From Octopus bimaculoides (taxonomy: Eukaryota), in assembly GCF_001194135.2 (NCBI RefSeq), contig NC_068995.1, forward strand, positions 136,296 through 200,295: DNA of 64,000 nucleotides, in the 5' to 3' direction. The stretch's first letter is position 1. Each line of letters starts with the position of its first letter. The translations under genes and the position numbers were made by a program. The notes under the pieces are model-generated. The model was not told where the DNA came from. It made no database searches and was given only the letters and a program-made list of their open reading frames with translations. This document shows, piece after piece, positions 1 through 13,926 of this stretch.

Positions 1-712
1 TTATTACTTTAGTGGTTTGGCTCTCCCTAACAAGGCGATTTGGCTGCTATTTCCAGCAGATTTCTTCATTGGATGATAATGCTTGTGGTGGAGGTGGTGG
101 TGATGGTACTAGCGATGGTAGTGATGGTGTTTGGTAGCCAGGAACTGTGGTGGTGAAGCTGGTGGTGGCCATGGTGAAGGTGGTGGTGGTGGTAATAGTG
201 CTGACGGAGATGGCGGTGGGGATGACGTGTGTGTCTGTGTGTCCGTATGATTTCCGCTGGATCACATTGGAGGTTCAGAGGTAAGGGTTGAAGATGGTGT
301 CAATGGCTGTGGTAGCGGTTGCAGTGATAATTATGCTCGGAGTTAATTAACTGCCGTGTGGCTATTAAGGAAATGGGTAGCAGTGATGGGTGGGGGATGG
401 AGGAATCTAAAAACTACATACATACATACATACATACATGTGAATAGATGTATAAATTTACTGAAATTTACCAGTAGATTTTCTGTATCTTTGTGCAGCT
501 GAAGATTGCTCTGCATTTTACATTTAATGTAATGCTCGCATTGCTTAAATAAATGGAGTCGCATGAAACGATCGTACTGCAGTAACCTTGAATATCCTTG
601 TTGCTTATTTTGATTTTATATATATATATATTATATATATGCACGCACGCACACTAATGGCTTTTTTTTTTGTTATAGATAAAAACAATTTCACATTGAT
701 TTAAAGAATTAC

Positions 713-781
713 TCTCGAGTTCTTAGTAACATCATAGTTGTTTAAACTTTTACTTCGAAATTTCGGTTTGTTCGCCGCCAT
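713..781 (-). CDS. Possible first coding exon of a downstream gene
   Basis: ccgATGGCGGCG start in non-repetitive CpG-containing sequence; 23 codons (MAANKPKFRSKSLNNYDVTKNSR) then a |gtaatt donor at phase 0. No homology recognised. Confidence 0.25.
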
Positions 782-2945
782 CGGACTAGTTTACTTTGAT
801 CTTCCTGGTTGTCGGTAAAACTTTGCGCAGTGTTTCTTTTTGATAAGTGAAGTAATTTAAATGAAAATTAGGTGTAATTTAGGCAGACGAAGGGAAGGAA
901 TGTGTAGTAAGCGTGGAATCTAGAAGGGCAAAATATGAAAATATATTATGGTTTAGATAAACACCATACGGATCACAAATTTAAAATCTATGTATTACTT
1001 GTACGAATTCTCGACATAAACGTCGAATCAATATCTAATATATTAGACCGCAGTAGAATACTTTACTGAACTATACTGTCGGGCCAAGCTTCCAAGCTGC
1101 TACCGAGTGGAGGTTGTAAAAGCAATCTGCATATCCAACCTAACATGGACGTCTTCTTAGAACATCGAATATTGCGTTATTAACCTTGAAAGATCCTGTT
1201 ATATAGGCGTTTGGTGCTTAAAAGCACGCACATGGCCGTATCAGACGAGAATCGTCTATCATGGACGTCGGAACATCAATATCACTTGATTTCATTCTAG
1301 CAAAAATCATTAGTGGGAAGCGTATTGTCACTGCATACCTGTCAAATCTGTTTTATATGTTTGTGTGTGTGTGTGTGTATAAATGTAGATCTGTATGTTT
1401 GCATGTATGCATGCATGTATGCATGTATGTATGTATAATGAAGTCAAACCAAATAGTGATATTTTGAAGTTATTTAACACGCACGTTTCATGTCTGCGTA
1501 ATGTGTAATAAGAAATGTATCTACTACGTAAGACCTTCCTCAGTCATCGGTGACCGGACGTTAACAAAAAGGGGGACAAAACTACATAGATCTCAGAGGG
1601 TTGAATAAAGTGGCGTCAGGTTAATCATTTTACATTTTCAAACTTAATGTCGTACTTAATGACCTAAAAGACGCAGGGATGTCCAAGATGCATCCCAATT
1701 TCAGCAACACGTACTTAGATAAGGAAACGTTTTAGTGCACTGAAGCATGTAATATTAGCTCACGGGAGCAACTTCGCATATAGGATCTGCAGTATATTTC
1801 TGAGACTTCTTTGAAAGAAATAAATGCGTCTCAATTGCAACCAAATGCGATGTATCTATTTATAATTCGTTAGGTAATGTATATCTTAACTGTTTTTTAG
1901 AAGATATTTAATCTGAGGGAAATTTCACTGTTAATTCCAGTAATCGTTTAACATTTATTTAATTAATCTAGCATGGATGAAAAGAAATGTGAACCTGATT
2001 AGGAATGGTTCTGAGAATGTAAAGGGAGGTCTGTCGATTCTTTTAGTGAGACGCCATATTTATATTTTAATTTGTAAAGCTTAAATCGATTAGCATGGGA
2101 AACTGTTGAATTCAAAATCAATAATCAATTGAACAAAACAGAATACAAAATAAAACTGAAAGAAAACTCATTAAAAATATTGATAAATATTTGAAGAACT
2201 TGAAATTTGTTGGATCCATGTACCCGCATACATACACACACACACTCACACACCAATACACGCCTTTACCTATGTATACATATCTATATGAATACATTCA
2301 CATATATCTAGTATATATATATATATATATNNNNNNNNNNNNNNNNNNNNNNNNNNNNNNNNNNNNNNNNNNNNNNNNNNNNNNNNNNNNNNNNNNNNNN
2401 NNNNNNNNNNNNNNNNNNNNNNNNNNNNNNNNNNNNNNNNNNNNNNNNNNNNNNNNNNNNNNNNNNNNNNNNNNNNNNNNNNNNNNNNNNNNNNNNNNNN
2501 NNNNNNNNNNNNNNNNNNNNNNNNNNNNNNNNNNNNNNNNNNNNNNNNNNNNNNNNNNNNNNNNNNNNNNNNNNNNNNNNNNNNNNNNNNNNNNNNNNNN
2601 NNNNNNNNNNNNNNNNNNNNNNNNNNNNNNNNNNNNNNNNNNNNNNNNNNNNNNNNNNNNNNNNNNNNNNNNNNNNNNNNNNNNNNNNNNNNNNNNNNNN
2701 NNNNNNNNNNNNNNNNNNNNNNNNNNNNNNNNNNNNNNNNNNNNNNNNNNNNNNNNNNNNNNNNNNNNNNNNNNNNNNNNNNNNNNNNNNNNNNNNNNNN
2801 NNNNNNNNNNNNNNNNNNNNNNNNNNNNNNNNNNNNNNNNNNNNNNNNNNNNNNNNNNNNNNNNNNNNNNNNNNNNNNNNNNNNNNNNNNNNNNNNNNNN
2901 NNNNNNNNNNNNNNNNNNNNNNNNNNNNNNNNNNNNNNNNNNNNN

Positions 2946-3018
<73 letters not shown>

Positions 3019-4312
3019 ATAAGACCGGACAAGCTCAAGATTCCTATGAGTTAGGAAGCAAACCATACCAGGATTTCGACACCTATAATAACAAAAGTTG
3101 CTGGTGTGCCTGTTCATTTTTACCTCAGTAAGTTTTGTTGCTGAGACCGGCAAATTGGAGACTATTGTCAGGGGTGTCGAAATTCTGGTGATATTTAATT
3201 GATAACTGATGAGGGTTTACTGTCTGTCCGCGCGCGCGCACGAGTGTTTGTGCATGTATGTATGTATGTGTGTGTGTGTGTGTGTGTGCGCGTGTGTGTA
3301 CAGACACTCGTGCATGTATAGACTTTGTATGGTCTTTGCTCACCTTAGCTAAATATTTAACCACTAAGAGTGCACAACGATACAATAGGTACATCTACAC
3401 ATGCGCGCACACAAACATATAGATCTACGTTTTATATATACATATATATATATTTAAATGAATTTCTATATAGTCACATATCTTTCTATGTATCTGTCTA
3501 TCTATCCACATCATCCTTTCCCTCGTTCCGGTCGCTGCACTCGAGCCCGGCTGGGGTACCGCCTTAATGTGTTTTAATCGATTATATCGATCCCATTCAC
3601 CACATCAGACTGGTACTCATTTTATCGATCTCTGTTTGTTTCAGGGATATGAAGCAGACATCAACACCACCGGTTTCTAGATCATAAGTTGCATAAACAT
3701 GACACAGAATATAATATACTTATAGCATAACAAAATATGTACGGTGCTTGCACGTACGTTTACACATGTGTGAGTAAATATACACACGTGTCCCTGTATG
3801 TGTGTGTACCAGTTTCAAACATTCAAAACAACAGTTCAAAATCCCTAAACAAAAGCAACGAAATCCCTGATGATCACCTGTTCCTAGCCTGGCAAGAAAT
3901 AGCAACTAAAATTTCCTCAAATCTCTCTGCATCCCCTAAAACATAAGACGTGACGTTCGGCCTTGTCACATAGATGCGCTGGACCAAGGCTGACCATGAG
4001 GTACAAAAAAAAAAGAAAAATGAACAACTATGACAACAGCAATAAAAAAAAAACCGAAAATGTTCGTTTCCCACGAAAATATTTATAAAGTAGAGAGAGG
4101 GGGAGGAAGAGAGATAGAAAGAATGAGTGAGAGAGAGAAAGAGAAAGGAACAGTGGTAAAATGAGAGAGTGTGAGATAATATATATAAATGCGTGCGTGT
4201 ATAAATGTGTGTGCATATATGCATGTATTGTGTGTGTGTTTGTATATACATGGATTAAGAGAGACAAAGAGAGAATGAGCAGTATTTAATTATGTGTATG
4301 CATGCATGTATG

Positions 4313-4367
<55 letters not shown>

Positions 4368-4595
4368 GTGCGTGTACGTATGTGTGTATGCGTGCGTGTA
4401 TGTGAAAGGGAGGGAAAGAGGGAGGTGTGATAGTAAAAGGCCATCAACAGCAAATCAACGAGGATGGTCCTGTTAGGACTCGCACGATCTGCTAGAGACA
4501 CCAGCCAAATCTCTTTCAAATTGCATCCCCCACTCTGCTATCTTAAACACAGCAAGGCACATTGGGGATCCACTTTTCTTTTATTCTTTATTCTT

Positions 4596-4963
4596 TTATT
4601 TCAGTCATTTGACTGCGGCCATGCTGGAGCACCGCCTTTAGTCGAGCAAATCGACCCCAGGACTTATTCTTTGTAAGCCTAGCACTTATTCTATCGGTCT
4701 CTATTGCCGAACCGCTAGGTTACGGGAACGTAAACACACCAGCATCGGTTGTCAAGCGATGTTGGGGGACAAACACAGACATACAAACATATTATATATA
4801 TATACACGATGGGCTTCTTTCAGTTTTCGTCTACCAAATTCACTCACAAGGCTTTGGTAGGCCCGTGGCTATAGTAGAAGACACTTGCCCAAGGTGTCAC
4901 GCAGTGGGACAGAACCCGGAACCATGTGGTTGGTAAGCAAGCTACTTACAACACAGCCACTCC
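4596..4963 (-). mobile_element. tRNA-derived SINE, family A, near full length
   Basis: Minus-strand head ggagtggctgtgttg...ggttccgggttctgtccc (A/B-box-like), then cacc-ttgggcaagtgtcttctac. Homologous copies at 8664, 23780, 34893, 37462 and 53166. Confidence 0.8.
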
Positions 4964-7855
4964 TACACCTATAATATGCATAAAAAGAAAAAAAATGATA
5001 TGATACTAGATTGTCACGGCTGGAATGTCTTTTATCATCGGTCTGTCGGATTGGGTTAAGCAACAGCGCCTTACTGTATACTTCGCAGTTGTAGGAATTA
5101 CCATTGGATTTGATGTTTAGATGAGGATATTTCTAAATGCTGACCATAACTTAAAAAACAAAATCTACGTGGTCACTACGTGCTCGAAATAATAGCTAAA
5201 TATTTCTCAATTCACAGACACTGTCTGAAAAATGTAGGGCATGTACATATGATGTACTCCTAACTACATCGGATTTGCATAAAAGACGAAGTGGTCACGA
5301 TCGGATTGCTCAGTTATGGATGATCTTGCACTAAATAACTTTTGCTGTGTATCTGAGACTTGCTTCGCATCTATGCGAATTCAGGTTCGATCCCAGAGCG
5401 CGTATCTTTTTGCTGTAGTCGTGGGTCGATCAAAGCTTTGTGAATGGAATTTGATAAGCGGAAAAGTGTATCGAAGACCACCAAGATCGGAACCCGTCGT
5501 ATTCTTGGAGCGGTAAATTTAAAGGATCAATTTGTTTTATACGACCATCGGAGTCTTGGTTTTTTTTTTGTTTTTTTTTTTTCAGGTGAGCCTCATTCAG
5601 TGCGAGGATGATAGCTTTGGTTTGAGGATAATAGCTTTTCTTTCTCTCACTGAACACGGAGGCCCTGAAAAGGCTCAAAGGAACTGGCGAATGAAAGAGT
5701 AAAAAAAAGGCGAATTAGTATTAGGGACATACCGTGTTCGTTTTTGACCATAAGTTAACAACAGCAACAAGAAGTCTGTGTGTTCGGTTGTGATTCGATG
5801 AAGTCGGCGTGGAGAAATGAGGTGTGGCTGAGTGGAGTGTAATAAAGTTGGAGTGTGGAAGGTGTGGTGTGAGTGGACGACTAGGGAGGGAGAGAGAGAG
5901 AGAGAGAGATGAATGTGTTGTGTGTGGGAACTGGAGGGGAGAGAAAGAGATGTAATGGTGGTGGTGGTGTAAGAGAGGAGTAGTGAGAGAGAGGAAAAGT
6001 AAGCACTGCAACAGAAAATAGAACGAGATAGAAATAGATAGGCGTAGTTAGAGAGAGAAAGAGAGGAGACAAAGGGAGATAGTGAGGGAAAGAGGGAGCA
6101 AAAGGGAGAGGAAAGGTATAAAGATGGAAAGTAGATAGTAGGAGTAAGGTGTAAAGAGAGAGGAGGAAGAATCACTGGGAAGAGAGAGTGGCGTGAATAG
6201 TCATTGCGACAGAAGATTGACAAGGAGAGTGAGAGAGAGAGAGGAATGAGGAGGAGGAGGAGGAGGAGGATACATAGGAATAAGAGGTGTGAATAAATAG
6301 TGGGAGGGAATTTATGACACAAAGAGACAATCAAAAGAGTAAAGGTGAGAGAAGGGAGGGAGAGAGAAATGTGTGAGATTGAAAGTATGTATGTGTTTGT
6401 CTTGATGTATATATGTGTGTCTGTATGAATATGTGTGTATATTGATGTGCGCATTTATCACATCAATACATATCTACATAGACGTGGATGTACATTATTG
6501 TGATTGGCGTGTGTGTATAATAAAATAATTCCTTTAAATAAGACTGTGTGGTTGTTGGAATGGGATCGACAAATAATAACTTTAATAATCCTGACGTAAC
6601 CTCATTCTTTAGGCTTTACTCTTTATTCTTATTTCTTTTCCTTTTCTGGTTTCTGTCTTTGTACAGCGGCCAAGCTGGAACATCACTTTCAAGATTTTAC
6701 TAAATCAAATCGAATTTTTTCCTATTTATATTCTAGAGTTTCAGTTTCAAAACTGATTAACTTTTTTTTTTTAATATTTTGATCGGGAAAGCAAAACGAC
6801 GCTTTTTACCTTTTAGATGGCCTTCAAGATCCGTGTGTGGGAGCGAATATGGAATTCTGAAAGGGGAGACCTGGCCTAAATGCTTCCAAGGGGAGTCTGC
6901 TAAAGTTAACCAAGGTGCGAAATTATGATGTTAAATCTAACATCCAAGAAGGTCATGGCAGGATTTGAACTCAGAAAACAAAGGGCTGGAAGAAATACTT
7001 GAAGGCATCCGGTCCGCCTTTTCACAGATCCCAAAAAGATGAAAGTAGAGTTGATCTCGGCGAGATTAGAATTCATCGTGCAGAGAACAAATACGGCAAA
7101 CTAAATTTATCCTTACAATTAGAAGACAAAAATTCCCCTGTAATGATGTTTAACATCTAAAAACATCAAGCAAAAGGAGACATCTTCAATGGTAGAACAG
7201 CTAAATAAAGACAAGGAATGAATCTTGCCTTTAAAGCAGTTGCAGTTTCGATCTTGTTGGTACTTATGTAATCGATCTTTATTTATTGAATGGTTAGGTC
7301 ACCGTGTTGACATGAAGGCCCGATAAACATGCAAACGCATTGCTCTCCCAATGATTTATTGGAAACTGAATTTATTTCGTTATAACAATTTTTAATGAAG
7401 ATCAAAAGGAAAGGAAGGGCTGCATGCAAGTAGCTGATGTGTCGAAGGGGCCCGGTTGTCGTCTGGTTTGCTATTGTGAAGCTGTCCGAACCAGGCATCC
7501 TCTGTCTTGTGTCTTCTGCAGGAGCATAGCTTTATCTGAAAAGTGGCCAAAGAAAATGGACGTTCTCGTGTGATGGCATCGATGTTTGGTGAATTGTACG
7601 TGTATTGGTGTGCGAGAGAGAGAGGCAGAGAGAGAGAGAGAGAGAGAGAGAGGCAGAGAGAGAGAGAGAGAGAGNNNNNNNNNNAGAGAGAGAGGCAGAG
7701 AGAGAGAGAGAGAGAGAGAGAGGCAGAGAGAGAGAGAGAGAGAGAGGCAGACAGATACACAGTGTGTGTACTAGTAAGTATATATTAGGGTGTATGTGTG
7801 TACTTTTATATATATACATATATATATAATATAAATAATATATATATATAGGATA

Positions 7856-7891
<36 letters not shown>

Positions 7892-8121
7892 GTGCGTTGT
7901 GTATGTGACTGTATGAGTATGTACATGCATGCACGTATGAGTATGTGTAGATATATCTATGTGTGTATGTATGTGTGTGTGAGTGTGTGCAACTGTCTAT
8001 ATGATTGTGTGTACTTGTATATATGTTTTAGCAAGGTTATATGTGCCTATATGTATCTAAGACGTTGTATCCATTCACCGTTAGACGGTGGTGAGAGGGA
8101 CAAACGCGCACACACACACAT

Positions 8122-8568
8122 ATATGGGTACAGGACGTCACAAAACGTAAACAATATGAAATACGAAGGCAAACTTGAGTATGCGAACAAAGGGAGAAAC
8201 AGATGGAAATAAGACAAGTCAAAGAATATTCTTGCAGCGTTCGCTACCTTACCTCGTCTGGCCTAACGGCCCTCCATGTTTGTTTTCGCTTGGTTTGTTG
8301 TATGTCTCTGTTGTCCTGTTTTTTTTACCAACTTTGACCCTCCGAAAATCCCAAATTTTATTCTGATTCGCAGGATCAACTGTTTTTCGAAGCCTCATAT
8401 TGTCATGAATTGCTCGAAATGTGGAATAGACAAACAACAGACAACTGATGAAGGGTCGTTCTTTATGTTACTTGACTTGTTTTCCATTTGTTTCTCTCGT
8501 TGTTCGCATACACAAGTTTGCCTTCGTATTTCATGTTGTTCACGTTTTGTGACGTTCTGTACCCATAT
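8122..8568. mobile_element. MITE-like foldback element with ~100-bp imperfect terminal inverted repeats
   Basis: 8122-8220 (atatgggtacaggacgtcacaaaacg...) is the reverse complement of about 8470-8568 with roughly ten mismatches; ~250-bp non-coding spacer. Confidence 0.7.
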
Positions 8569-8583
8569 CTTTCTCTCTCTCTT

Positions 8584-8663
<80 letters not shown>

Positions 8664-8668
<5 letters not shown>

Positions 8669-9033
8669 ACTTGTTTCAGTCATTTGACTGCGGCCATGCT
8701 GGAGCACCGCCTTTAGTCGATCAAATCGACACCGGGACTTATTCTTTGTAAGCCTAGTACTTATTCTACCGGTCTCTATGCCAAACCGCTAAGTGAAGGG
8801 GACATAAACACACCAGCATCGGTTGTCAAGCAATGCTACGGGGACAAACACAGACACTCAAACATACACACACATATATATACATATATTCGACGGGCTT
8901 TCAGTTTCCATTTACCAAATCCACTCACAAGGCTTTAGTCGGCCCGAGGCTATAGTAGAAGACATTTGCCCAAGGTGCCACGCAGTGGGACTGAACCCGG
9001 AACCATGTTCTTGGTAAGCAAGCTACTCCTGCG
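8664..9033 (-). mobile_element. SINE family A copy
   Basis: Near-identical over its length to 4596-4963. Confidence 0.8.
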
Positions 9034-9186
9034 CCTATATATTATATACATAAATATATGTGTAAATATGTATGTATGTATGTATGNNNNNNNNNNNNNN
9101 NNNNNNNNNNNNNNNNNNNNNNNNNNNNNNNNNNNNNNNNNNNNNNNNNNNNNNNNNNNNNNNNNNNNNNNNNNNNNNNNNNNNNN

Positions 9187-9432
9187 TAATCATATTTAAA
9201 CATTGTAGACACTAAAGTATCGTACTTAAATGTTGTCGATACTAAATATATAGTATGTAATCATATTTAAACATTGTAGACACTAAATTATCGTACTTAA
9301 ATGTTGTAGATACTAAATATATAGAATGTAATTATATTTAAACATTGTAGACACTAAATTATCGTACTTTAATCTCGTAGATTCTAAATATATAGAATGT
9401 ATTCATATTTAAACATTGTAGACACTAAATTA
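9187..9432. repeat. 71-bp minisatellite, about 3.4 copies (left end at a gap)
   Basis: Unit starts at 9187, 9258, 9329 and 9400; each unit has two related halves (aaacattgtagacactaaa / aaatgttgtagatactaaa). Confidence 0.9.
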
Positions 9433-9838
9433 TATATATACAATGTTGTGTGTGTGTAAAAGACAAAAAAATGGTGTCGGGTACGCAGATATTTAAAACC
9501 TTCACACAAAAGAGTAACTAAAAATAAATCAGGTTGGAACAAATTAACAGCTTTTATTAACAAAATTGCTGAAGCGAGAAATTTTTAAAAAACAAAAACG
9601 AAGAACAGAAACATCACCAAGAAAAAAACAGACAAACAAACCAACAAAACATATATTGTCGTTTGTTTTAACAGAGAGTAATATATTATAATATTGGTAT
9701 AAAATCATATAATATATATTACATTTATATATAAAAATATCTTCACAAATATCGTAGCATTCTATCATGTCTGTGTAAATTATAATTTTTCTTCATCTGC
9801 TTTGTACGGATATTATTACTATAAGTAATAATAACACC

Positions 9839-9871
<33 letters not shown>

Positions 9872-10096
9872 GTATCGGAATAATTGTGACAGTTTTTGAA
9901 CGAAGTCATTCTTTTGCATTCCAATTACTTTCGTATTTTTATTTATTGTCTTTTAATGCGTTTATTTATTTTTTATATTTTTGGCTTTTGTTTATTATAT
10001 ATATATATTTAGATATATAAAACATATATTTAAATATACATAAATACACACACACACACACATATATATATATATGGATATCTCGTTTTCATTTGA

Positions 10097-10132
<36 letters not shown>

Positions 10133-10908
10133 CAGACGCGCGCGCACACACACACACACACACATATCACTGAGTGTGCGTATGCATGCATAAAATGTTT
10201 GTCATACAGAGAGCAGCTTTTTTTCTTTCTGACATGTTATATTGAAGACTCGACCGTCTTTCCGTTTAGTCTTTTATATTAAAGATTTCAAATACTTCTT
10301 TCGCAGATCCTTAGTATTAATATTTCAAAACTTTCTCGGCCTCATCTAGTGGTACATTGTTGCTGCTTCTTGTAGAAAGCATCCAGGCATCGGGTGCATG
10401 TATCGTCTGCTTGTATCCTCTGCCGGACATTGAAATGAAACCACATGGAAGATCACGTAATCGATCGAGAGAACGGGATAAGAACAACCGAACGATGTAC
10501 AAACATCTGTCTCGATCACTCACCAACAACGTACCACACAGAGGAAGAAGCTGTTTGAAACATCAACTTAAAACCATTATTATCCCAAACTAAGCATAAA
10601 AGGGACTCAGAAAAAAATCATTAATAAAAAGTTAAACTTAGGCACAAACGGATCTTCATATTACGTAAACATAGGTTTATTTCAAGTCGAATATATATGA
10701 TAAATATGTACATGTGTAAATATATATATATATATATATATACAAAATTTGCGAATCACATCATCATTTATTGATTGTTTTAACACGATCACCTTGTTAT
10801 TTTTTTTCCCAAATTCGGAAATTTGAAAAAGAAAAAAAAAAAAAACCAAAAACAAAGAATTAAAAATTAATAATCGAAATTTCAGAATAATGAAATCTCT
10901 TCAACTCA

Positions 10909-12962
10909 TCATCTATTGAGTTGGTTAAATTGTGGGATATATTCTTCACTGCTGTCTTTTGGAGGCAATATTGATGGATGGCTAGGTTTCGGCTCCCGGC
11001 CACTCGTTGCTGCTGAGAGGCTCTGTGTTGTCTGTTGTCGCATCAGTTTGGTGTATCGGCGAACGAATGCCCGTCGCAGGGTACTGTTCTTACCATTGTT
11101 TCTACCTTTATGTCTGTGTTGCACTCTTCTTGAGGGTGGTATTTGCTCTACTTCTTTGGCGTCTGAACTCTCGGCGTAACTCGATCTTACGCCATCTTTG
11201 CGATAGCTCGTGTTTTCGAAAGTCTGCGGCAATGCTTTCTCTATGTTGGACATCAGTGTGATGGTGGTACGTGTTGAATCACAAATTGGGCCAGTTAATA
11301 TCGGTAATGAACTTATGGCATTGTTATGAGGTCGTACTGCTTTAGTGTCTTGAGAAATGGAGAAATCCATATCTTGATCTGTATCGTCATCGATTCCGTA
11401 GAGTCTTTGAAGAACTCTGGCGTATTCGACTGCTTCTTCAATATGTTTTTTCGGATCGAATCGTTTCCGACAGCATCGGATTTCTGTCGATGCCAAAATG
11501 TGTAGAAGCGTTCCGTAACGATGACGTAACATGGCACCGAACTGAAGAATGAGGATGAAGGCAAAGAATATGAGGAAAATCAAACCAAGAGGTTCGATTA
11601 GCAACGGTTCTGCGTTGAGTCTTGGTATTGGTATACTGATTTTGTCTTTGACACTTTGCAGCATAAATATTATGATCATCCAAAAAGCGTTTAGCATAAA
11701 GAAAGCAAAAGCGACGTTATTTCTCATTGATTTCAGATCTGTAGACATTTGTATATGATGGTTTTTGTCAAATGGAATCGGTGCCAAATATTTAGCGATG
11801 CACTGTTGCCAGAATTCCACTTCCCTCTCCGGCAAGTACTGAATCTCACCGTTACCCAATTCACGATCCTCTAACCAAAGAGGATTCACAAAAGGGTCCC
11901 TCATGTCATCCATATCTCCATCGTTTTCAGTGCTGCTTGTGTCCACATCACTATCATCGTTTTCAATATTTGCTTCTTCAATATTTCCGATATTTGAGCG
12001 ACGAGACCGAGAGGACGACCGGCGCCGACGGGGATGTGTGATATTTGTAGACGTAGTAGTCATTTTAATTCCAGCTTCCACTTTATCTAGTTTCTCCATC
12101 ACTTGCCGTAGAATCTCGTTGCTCACGTCCACCTGGGAACGACACCCACATAGACGTCGGAAAAAACCAGTGATACACGGGCAGCAGGAATCATCAACCT
12201 CTTTACGACCGAGCCACCTCATAAAGCTGTTGTTTCGAGACACTTTGCCCTTTTCATCTTCGGGCTCACTCGACTGCACTGCTTTTTCTCTGGTTCCCCA
12301 TGAGACAACATTCATATTGCACATGGCATATATGATGAGAAGTACGTAGCCAGACGGGATACAAAGGAAGTAAAGAGCACCGGGGAGCAAACACAGGAAT
12401 TCTTGAGGGTGAAAACAGGCCGATATTGTAAATATTGCTAGCAACATTAACAAGAATATGGCGTTTGGACTAATAATGGTATCTTCGACTATTTGCACCA
12501 TAGTTCCAACTACAACAGACATCATGAAGAGAGCATAAATGGCACTTTGGATGGCAGCGACTGTTACTTGGTGTTCGCTTTTAAGAATAAAACAGAGAAT
12601 GAGATAGAACACAGCTGGACCGATAGCCAATAGGTAAGACTGCCATAAACTGGTTTTCAAGACTGCGTTGAAGGCACCGGCCATCATCAACAAAACGGTA
12701 GCGGGTCCTAAGGTGGTGGAAAGCATAAGGGAAGCTTGGTAAGCAATGTAGAGATAGGAAATATTATCATTCATTTTGACTGTGCTACGATAGCTCTGTA
12801 GGAGATCCATGATGTTGGCCAAAGTAGACGGAATCCAGCGACGACGTTGGTTGAAGAATTCTTTGAATCCTTCTGGAGTTTGAGTCATGGCATCTGAAGC
12901 TGCACAGTATTCAACACGGTAACCTTGTTGCAGAAGCAAGGTACTCAACCATCGGTCCTCAC
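10909..12962 (-). CDS. chs: Chitin synthase, terminal coding exon (EDR and QRRRW catalytic motifs, C-terminal TM helices, SWGTR, cytoplasmic tail)
   Basis: Acceptor ttcttattcAG|GT at 12963/12962, phase 1, completes Q-G|EDRW. Translation has GEDRWLSTLLLQQGYRVEYCAASD, FFNQRRRW, SWGTRE, WLED and several hydrophobic helices. TGA stop at 10911-10909. Confidence 0.96.
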
Positions 12963-13020
12963 CTGAATAAGAAATTACAAGCATTTGTAAATAATAATAA
13001 TAGTAATAATAATGATCATT

Positions 13021-13226
13021 TATACTATAGGCACAAGGCCTGAAATTCAAGGAAAAGGATACGTCCATTACATCGACCCCAGTGTTTCACTGGTACTTAA
13101 TTTATCGACCGCGAAAGAATGAAAGGCCAAGTCGACCTCTGCAGAATTTGAACTCAGAACCTAAAGACAGACGAAATACCGCTAAGCATTTCGCCCTGCG
13201 TGCTAACGTTTCTGCCAGCTTCCCGC
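13021..13226 (-). mobile_element. tRNA-derived SINE, family B
   Basis: Head agctggcagaaacgttagcacg, B-box-like gttctgagttcaaattc, body gtcgac...tcgataaattaagtaccag, tail ccttgtgcctatag followed by (TTA)n. Confidence 0.8.
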
Positions 13227-13469
13227 TAATGATAATGAATTCGATTTCCTTTATAGAAAATCATAATGGTAACAACAGAAATCATAATTATGATAAAATA
13301 ATATTTGATTAATAAAGATATAACAAAAAAATTATAATTGAAAAATATTAATGATTATAAAACAAATAGTTTTTTTTTACTTTATTCATTATCTTAAAAA
13401 ATCTCCAATGCATATGCGTTTTTTATGTATGTATTATGTATGTGTATATATACATATATATACACGCAC

Positions 13470-13510
<41 letters not shown>

Positions 13511-13725
13511 AACATACATGTATGCGTATATACGTGTGTATATATATATATACGCACACACATTTATATACAAACGAGCATATACAGATTATACGTATGT
13601 ATACATGCATGTATGTATGTATGTATAAATATATATATGTTAAAATTAATCAAAGGACATACTACTTATGTCTATCTGCTATCAACAGCAACAACAAAGC
13701 ATTTTCTAACACGTAACGAACCTAC

Positions 13726-13926
13726 CTTGATCATATTGAAGGTAGTGTCTAGCTACTGTAGAGCGAGTCGCATAGGTTCGCATCACGTTGTCGTCCATTA
13801 GAGCTGATCCACGGAACAAACTGAAACATCCAGGACTGCAAAGAACACAGCCAAGCATGTGTTCCGCTGCCTTTTGGAGCCAATGACCAATGGCGTATTC
13901 GAAGATCTGATACCAGACAATGGGTC
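13726..13926 (-). CDS. chs: Chitin synthase exon (GT2 catalytic core)
   Basis: Not in the ORF track; read manually. tcttcatgtAG|GA...CAAG|gtagg, 201 nt, phase 1 to 1. Encodes GPIVWYQIFEYAIGHWLQKAAEHMLGCVLCSPGCFSLFRGSALMDDNVMRTYATRSTVARHYLQYDQG, the canonical CHS core. Confidence 0.96.

Noticed and set aside
1590-2070. Possible Tc1/mariner-like MITE (aataaagtggcgtc ... gacgccatattt)
   Set aside because: The terminal repeats are too degenerate and no TSD could be confirmed.
7280-7540. Minus-strand acceptor-like site (ccacttttcAG) with short open frames
   Set aside because: All frames are short and unrecognisable; no partner donor was found.
10300-10600. Overlapping short ORFs (10357-10593 +, 10317-10529 -) below the CHS stop
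   Set aside because: No recognisable homology and no donor at the end of the CHS terminal exon to link them; most simply 3' UTR.
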